A DNA stretch of 64,000 bases from Trueperaceae bacterium (GTDB taxonomy: Bacteria; Deinococcota; Deinococci; Deinococcales; Trueperaceae): NCBI GenBank assembly GCA_034520945.1, contig JAXHNB010000002.1, forward strand, positions 192,001 through 256,000. Direction: 5' to 3'. A program made the translations under genes and the position numbers. Shown one piece after another: positions 59,219 to 64,000 of this stretch. Under the pieces are notes generated by a model that was not told the DNA's origin, did no database searches, and was given only the letters and a program-made list of their open reading frames with translations. Positions within the stretch are counted from its first letter, which is position 1. Each line of letters opens with the position of its first letter.

Positions 59219-62169
59219 GTCTCACCGACCGGCAGGCCCGTGCCGTCCGCGCGCGCGGGGGCGTCGCCATCACCGCCGGGGCCGGCACCGGCAAGACCCA
59301 CACGCTGGGACATCGCTACCTCGCCCACCTCGAGGAGGGCCTGTCGCCGCTCCGGATCGTGGCCGTGACGTTCACCGAACGGGCCGCGCGGGGTTTGCGC
59401 GCCCGCGTTCGCGCCTACGCCCGGGCGCGGTTGGGGGAGGGGGACGCGCGCTTGGCGGAGCTGGAGGCGGCCACGATCGGGACGGTGCACGCGCTGTGCC
59501 TGCGGATCTGTCGTGACCACCCGGACGCGGCCGGCGTGCCGCCGGGGGTGCGGATCCTCGATCCGTTGGAGGGCGCTGCCTGGCGGGCCGAACGGCTGGA
59601 GCGCGCCCTGGGGCAGGTGCCTGAGGCGCTGTTCGACGCCCTGCCGTACGAGCGGGTCCGGGACGCGCTGGCCGCGCTGCTGGACGATCCCTGGCGTACG
59701 GAGCGGGCCCTGGCGCACGGCCCCGAGGCGTGGCCGGAGCTGGTGCGGCGCACGCGGGAGGCGGCCCGGGCCGCGCATCTGGACCCGCCTTCGGTGCAGG
59801 AGGCGGTCGCGGCGCTGCGCGGCATGGCCGGGCCCGAGGGGGACAGGGGCGAGGATCTGCGGCGCTCGGTGCTGGCCGCCGTGGCGCGGGCGGGCGAGGC
59901 GTCGCCGGACGACGTGCTGGCGCCGCTGCGCGGGCGGTCGTCCCGGGCGGGGACGCGGCGGGCCTGGGGCGAGGCGTTGGACGAGCTGCGGGCGGCGCTC
60001 GGGGTGGCGTTGGAGGGGCTGCGCGCATGGCGGGACGACCCACGGGCGCACCTGAGTCTCGGTTCGGCCGACGACACCTTGGCGGCGCTGCTTCCGCCGT
60101 TGCGCCAGGGGTACGAGCGCGTGCGCGCGGCGTTGCAGGAGGCCAAGCGTCGCCGCCGCGTCGTCGACTTCGCGGACGTCGAGACGGCCGCGGCCCGGGC
60201 GCTGCGGCGCCCCGAGGTGCGGGCGCACTACGCCGCGCGCTTCTCGGCGCTGCTGGTCGACGAGGTGCAGGACACCAGCCCCCTGCAGGCCGAGATCCTG
60301 GAGGCGCTGTCCGGGTTCTGCCGCACGACGGTGGTGGGGGACGCCAAGCAGAGCATCTACGCCTTCCGGGGGGCCGACGCTTCGGTGTTCCACCGCATGA
60401 CCGACACCGTCGCGCGGGACGGGGGCGAGGCGGTCACGCTCGACCTCAGCTTCCGGACGCACGAGGCCCTGGTCGAGCGCGGCAACCGGACCTTCGAGGC
60501 GTTGCTGGGGTCCGCCCACGAGCCGCTCCGGGCGCAACGCAGCGACGCGCCGCACCGCGGGCCGCACCTTCGGTGGCTGTCGTTCGAGGGCGCCGAGGGG
60601 GCCCCCGCGGGCCTGCGGCGCCTGGCGGAGGCGCACCGCATCGCCGACGAGATCCTCGCCCTCAGCGAGGCCGGGACGCCCGTGCACGACGAGGGCGCGC
60701 CCGGCGGGCAGCGGCCGATCCGCCCCGGCGACGTGGCCGTGCTGGCCCGCACCTGGGCGCCCCTGGACCTGCTGGCGGAGGTGCTGCCGGCGCGCGGGGT
60801 GCCGGCGGTGCACACCGGCGGCGGCGATCTGCTCCAGACGCGCGAGGCGCAGGACGGCGAGGCGGCGCTGCGCTTCCTGGCCGATGCCGAGGACGACGTG
60901 GCGTTGCTGGCCCTGTTGCGTGGGCCGTGCTTCGCGGTGTCGGACGCGGTCCTGGAAGCGCTGGCCATGCGGCAGGCGCCGGAGGCGCCAACACCGTGGT
61001 GGACGATGCTTCGTCGCGACCGGCCCGAGGAGCTGGCGGGGGCGCTGGCGGTGCTGGAGCGCCTGCGGGACGCCGCGACGCACGAAGCCCCGAGTCGGCT
61101 GCTCCGGCGCCTGGATCGCGAGACGGGATGGAGCGCGGTGGTGGCCAATCTTCCCAGCGGGCCCAGGCGGAGCGCCGATCTGGACGGGTTCCTGTCCTTG
61201 GTGCGGGACCTCGAGGCGGGCAACGGCGACGTGTTTACCGTGGCGCGGCGCCTCCGCCGGCTGCGGACGGCGGGCGCCCAGGCGGAGCGACCGGCGTTGG
61301 ACGCGGACGATGCCGTCACGCTGACGACCATCCACCGCAGCAAGGGCTTGGAGTGGCCGTGCGTGATCATCGCGGCGTTGGACGTGAAGCCGCGCGGGGT
61401 CACGCCCGCCGTGCGGACGCATCCCGACTGGGGCGTGGCGTTGCGGGTCGAGGACGCAGGCGACGCCCGTGCCGAGCCGGCCCTGTGGACCTGTCTCGAG
61501 GCGGCTGCCAAGGAGGATGAGCAGGCCGAGGATCGCCGCTTGCTGTACGTGGCGCTGACGCGGGCCGGCGACCAGGCGGTCGTGTCGGCCGCCGGCACGC
61601 AGGGCGCCTACCTGGATCTGCTTCGGCCGGGGCTGGTCGCGGCAGGGGTCGAGCCGGAGTCCGCCCCGTTCGACGTAAACGCCGTGACCTGGCCCAGCCC
61701 CCCGGTCCCTTCCCCCGCGGCCGCCCCCGAGGACGATGCCCTCGCTCGGGCGAACGGCGGGTCGGGCGCGGGTGAGGGGGAGGTGGACGGTCGCGTCGAC
61801 GCGGCGGCGCGCCAGGACGATCCGTGGGAGGTGGCGCGGCTGGTGGTGGACGGACTGGCGCCGGAGTTGGGCGACGCGGTCGAGGCGCTGGCCCGAGCCG
61901 GGGTGCCTGCCCCGGATCGCGACGGGTTCGCACGGCGCATGGCGGGCTCCCGGCGCGGTCAGGAGGCGTGGACGTTGTTGCGCTGGAGCCTGCCGGCCGG
62001 TCGGGTGGTGCTCATGGAGCCGGGCGCCACGGCGCCGGCCGGGACGGAGCACGCCGACGAGGCGGGCGACGAAGAACCGGCGCGCACCTTCGTGGTGATC
62101 GCCGATCCTGCCGCGCCGGGCCGCACGGCCGCCGCGGTCGCCGAGGCGGTGATCGCCTGTCGCGGATGA
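59215..62169 (+). CDS. AddA-like UvrD/Rep SF1 helicase without a recognisable C-terminal nuclease
   Basis: AGAGTGKT, TFTERAA, VDEVQDT, GDAKQSIYAFRGA, SFRT, TIHRSKGLE, YVALTRA; GTGA overlap with addB. Confidence 0.9.
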   Translation: MSLTDRQARAVRARGGVAITAGAGTGKTHTLGHRYLAHLEEGLSPLRIVAVTFTERAARGLRARVRAYARARLGEGDARLAELEAATIGTVHALCLRICRDHPDAAGVPPGVRILDPLEGAAWRAERLERALGQVPEALFDALPYERVRDALAALLDDPWRTERALAHGPEAWPELVRRTREAARAAHLDPPSVQEAVAALRGMAGPEGDRGEDLRRSVLAAVARAGEASPDDVLAPLRGRSSRAGTRRAWGEALDELRAALGVALEGLRAWRDDPRAHLSLGSADDTLAALLPPLRQGYERVRAALQEAKRRRRVVDFADVETAAARALRRPEVRAHYAARFSALLVDEVQDTSPLQAEILEALSGFCRTTVVGDAKQSIYAFRGADASVFHRMTDTVARDGGEAVTLDLSFRTHEALVERGNRTFEALLGSAHEPLRAQRSDAPHRGPHLRWLSFEGAEGAPAGLRRLAEAHRIADEILALSEAGTPVHDEGAPGGQRPIRPGDVAVLARTWAPLDLLAEVLPARGVPAVHTGGGDLLQTREAQDGEAALRFLADAEDDVALLALLRGPCFAVSDAVLEALAMRQAPEAPTPWWTMLRRDRPEELAGALAVLERLRDAATHEAPSRLLRRLDRETGWSAVVANLPSGPRRSADLDGFLSLVRDLEAGNGDVFTVARRLRRLRTAGAQAERPALDADDAVTLTTIHRSKGLEWPCVIIAALDVKPRGVTPAVRTHPDWGVALRVEDAGDARAEPALWTCLEAAAKEDEQAEDRRLLYVALTRAGDQAVVSAAGTQGAYLDLLRPGLVAAGVEPESAPFDVNAVTWPSPPVPSPAAAPEDDALARANGGSGAGEGEVDGRVDAAARQDDPWEVARLVVDGLAPELGDAVEALARAGVPAPDRDGFARRMAGSRRGQEAWTLLRWSLPAGRVVLMEPGATAPAGTEHADEAGDEEPARTFVVIADPAAPGRTAAAVAEAVIACRG

Positions 62170-62215
62170 GCGGTACGGTCGGGGCCGCGTTGCGACGGTG
62201 TCGGGTGCGAAGGCG

Positions 62216-62848
62216 TCAGTTGGCGGCGACGCCCTCCCGGGCGCGGCGGCCTTGGACGACCTGCCGCGTGAGCTCGATCAGGCGCCGGGTCTGGTGCTGG
62301 ATGGCGGCGAGGGCTGCGTCGTCCACGCCGCTGCCGTAGGCGGTGACGCTGGTGCCGTACGGGTTGCCGCCGGCGCCGAACACGGCGTCGCCGGTGTAGC
62401 CGGGCGTGACGATGATCGAGCCCCAGTGCATGAAGGTGACGTACAGCGAGTGCAGGGTGGCCTCCTGCCCGCCGTGCGGGTTCATGGCGCTGGTCATGGC
62501 CGTGATGGGCTTGTCGGCCAGCGTGCCCTGCTGCCACAACGGGCCGAGCGTGTCGATGAAGGCGCGCATCTGGCTGGCGGCGACGCCGAAGCGCGTCGGG
62601 GTGCTGAACAGGTAGGCGTCGGCCCACTCCATGTCGTCCGGCGTCGCTTCGGGCACGTCCGCGGTGGCGTCGAGGTGCGCCTGCCATGCCTCCTGCCCGG
62701 CGACGACGTCGGCGGGCGCGGTTTCGGGGGCCTTGCGGAGGCGCACCTCGACGCCGGCCTCGCGGGCGGCCTGCGCCGCCACGGTGGCCATCTGGTGGTT
62801 CAGGCCGTAGGTGCTGTAGTAGACGAGGGTCAGTCGAACGTCGGTCAT
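62216..62848 (-). CDS. wrbA: NAD(P)H:quinone oxidoreductase (WrbA family)
   Basis: YYSTYG, STPTRFG, HGGQEAT, GGNPYG; GGAGG RBS. Confidence 0.92.
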   Translation of the reverse strand: MTDVRLTLVYYSTYGLNHQMATVAAQAAREAGVEVRLRKAPETAPADVVAGQEAWQAHLDATADVPEATPDDMEWADAYLFSTPTRFGVAASQMRAFIDTLGPLWQQGTLADKPITAMTSAMNPHGGQEATLHSLYVTFMHWGSIIVTPGYTGDAVFGAGGNPYGTSVTAYGSGVDDAALAAIQHQTRRLIELTRQVVQGRRAREGVAAN

Positions 62849-62898
62849 GGTACCTCCCGAGATTGGCGGCACGGACGCGGGCTTCGCGTCCATGCGGT

Positions 62899-62952
62899 GG
62901 CTTATGAATCGTAAGCCTAGGGAAGGCTACCGGGTCGCTTACGAAGCGTACG
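62899..62952. promoter_or_regulatory. two CTTAY-N5-GTA(A/C)G operators between wrbA and the HxlR-family regulator
   Basis: GGCTTATGAATCGTAAGCC (62899-62917) and CTTACGAAGCGTACG (62938-62952). Confidence 0.6.
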
Positions 62953-62995
62953 TAACTTGCGTGACGTGCCGGAAGGCCGTGATAGGATTGCGAAT

Positions 62996-63376
62996 ATGGA
63001 GGGTCCATTCTGCCCGCGCTACCACCACGCGGTCGAGCTGATCGGACGCCGCTGGACCGGCGCGATCCTGCGCGCCATGTTCGCGGGGGCCACCCGCTTC
63101 TGCGAGCTCACCGGCGCCGTGCCCGACCTGTCCGACCGGATGTTGTCCGAACGCCTCAAGGAGCTCGAGGTCGAAGGCATCGTCGTCCGTCAGGTGCAGC
63201 GTGAACCCACCTCCCGGATCGAGTACCACCTGAGCGACAAGGGGCGTGCCCTCGAGCCGGTGCTGAACGCATTGGCCACCTGGGCCGAGACCTGGGTGTC
63301 CGCCCCGGACGCCGACTCCACCGCCGGCGGCGACACCGCGGCCGCATCCGGTCCCGAAAGGCCCCTCCCGCGCTAG
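62996..63376 (+). CDS. HxlR/DUF24 family winged-helix redox-sensing regulator
   Basis: N-terminal CP, IGRRW, RFCEL, LSERLKELE, EYHLSDKG; divergent from wrbA. Confidence 0.92.
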   Translation: MEGPFCPRYHHAVELIGRRWTGAILRAMFAGATRFCELTGAVPDLSDRMLSERLKELEVEGIVVRQVQREPTSRIEYHLSDKGRALEPVLNALATWAETWVSAPDADSTAGGDTAAASGPERPLPR

Positions 63377-63385
63377 GCTCGGGGC

Positions 63386-64000
63386 ATGCCCTACGTCGCA
63401 GACCCAGAACGCTATCAGCGCATCCCCTACCGACGCTGCGGACGCAGCGGCCTGAAACTGCCGGCCCTCTCGCTGGGCCTATGGCAGAACTTCGGGTTCG
63501 ACACCCCGTTCGACCGCGCACGGGAGATGGTCCTCACCGCCTTCGACCTGGGCGTCACGCACTTCGACCTCGCCAACAACTACGGGCCGCCTCCAGGCTC
63601 GGCGGAGGAGCAGTTCGGGCGGATGATGCGGACCGACCTGAAGCCGTACCGCGACGAGCTGGTGATCAGCACCAAGGCCGGGTACGACATGTGGGAAGGG
63701 CCGTATGGTGAGTGGGGCTCACGCAAGTACCTCCTGGCCAGCCTCGACCAGAGCCTGGAACGCATGGGACTCGACTACGTCGACGTCTTCTACTCCCACC
63801 GCTTCGACCCGGACACGCCGCTCGAAGAGACCATGGGTGCCCTGGCCAGCGCCGTCGAGCAGGGAAAGGCGCTCTACGCAGGCATCTCGTCCTACTCCGC
63901 CGCCAAGACGCGCGAAGCGGAACGCCTCCTGCGCGAAAAAGGCGTCCCGCTCCTGATCCACCAGCCCTCCTACTCGATGCTCAACCGCTGGATCGAAGAC
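63386..64000 (+). CDS. aldo/keto reductase, MgrA/YghZ-like (L-glyceraldehyde 3-phosphate reductase), truncated by window end
   Basis: YRRCGRSGLKLPALSLGLWQNFG, HFDLANNYGPPPGSAE, ISTKAGY, HQPSYSM; leaderless (TAGGCT 63374-63379). Confidence 0.9.
   Translation, partial: MPYVADPERYQRIPYRRCGRSGLKLPALSLGLWQNFGFDTPFDRAREMVLTAFDLGVTHFDLANNYGPPPGSAEEQFGRMMRTDLKPYRDELVISTKAGYDMWEGPYGEWGSRKYLLASLDQSLERMGLDYVDVFYSHRFDPDTPLEETMGALASAVEQGKALYAGISSYSAAKTREAERLLREKGVPLLIHQPSYSMLNRWIED

Overview
Very GC-rich bacterial chromosomal window, probably Deinococcota (Truepera-like). This is inferred from many leaderless genes with a TANNNT box 5-7 nt before the start, an imuY-type mutagenesis cassette, and a Deinococcus/Thermus-like UvrC. 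About 50 genes are supported; most long antisense ORFs are GC-rich shadow frames. Main blocks, left to right: (1) prpD-prpB and a flavin disulfide reductase; (2) type III PKS-methyltransferase-FAD monooxygenase operon followed by DUF432-mscS; (3) galM, a frameshifted AEC transporter and thpR; (4) an imuY-DUF6504-dnaE2 cassette without lexA; (5) gdhA and a Crp/Fnr regulator divergent from DUF1858-cupin-DUF2249, with two paired TGAC-N4-GTCA boxes; (6) a low-GC cassette encoding a 59-aa DnaJ-type Zn-finger microprotein next to a P-type ATPase remnant; (7) betA, a secreted lysyl-oxidase-like protein and two PAS-GGDEF-EAL proteins; (8) a 14-kb DNA repair hub: PA0069-type radical SAM, uvrB, proofreading polA, SRAP, uvrC, an MrfA-type helicase with an in-frame HNH insertion, MrfB-like exonuclease, SprT-like protease and a DEDDh exonuclease; (9) a peptide-type ABC importer with HAD phosphatase and betaine-aldehyde dehydrogenase; (10) an AddB/AddA-like pair whose helicase appears to lack its nuclease; (11) wrbA/HxlR and a truncated aldo-keto reductase. 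I saw no rRNA, tRNA, CRISPR array or transposase. The best candidate for an undescribed system is the repair hub combining SRAP, SprT and an HNH-armed MrfA/MrfB.
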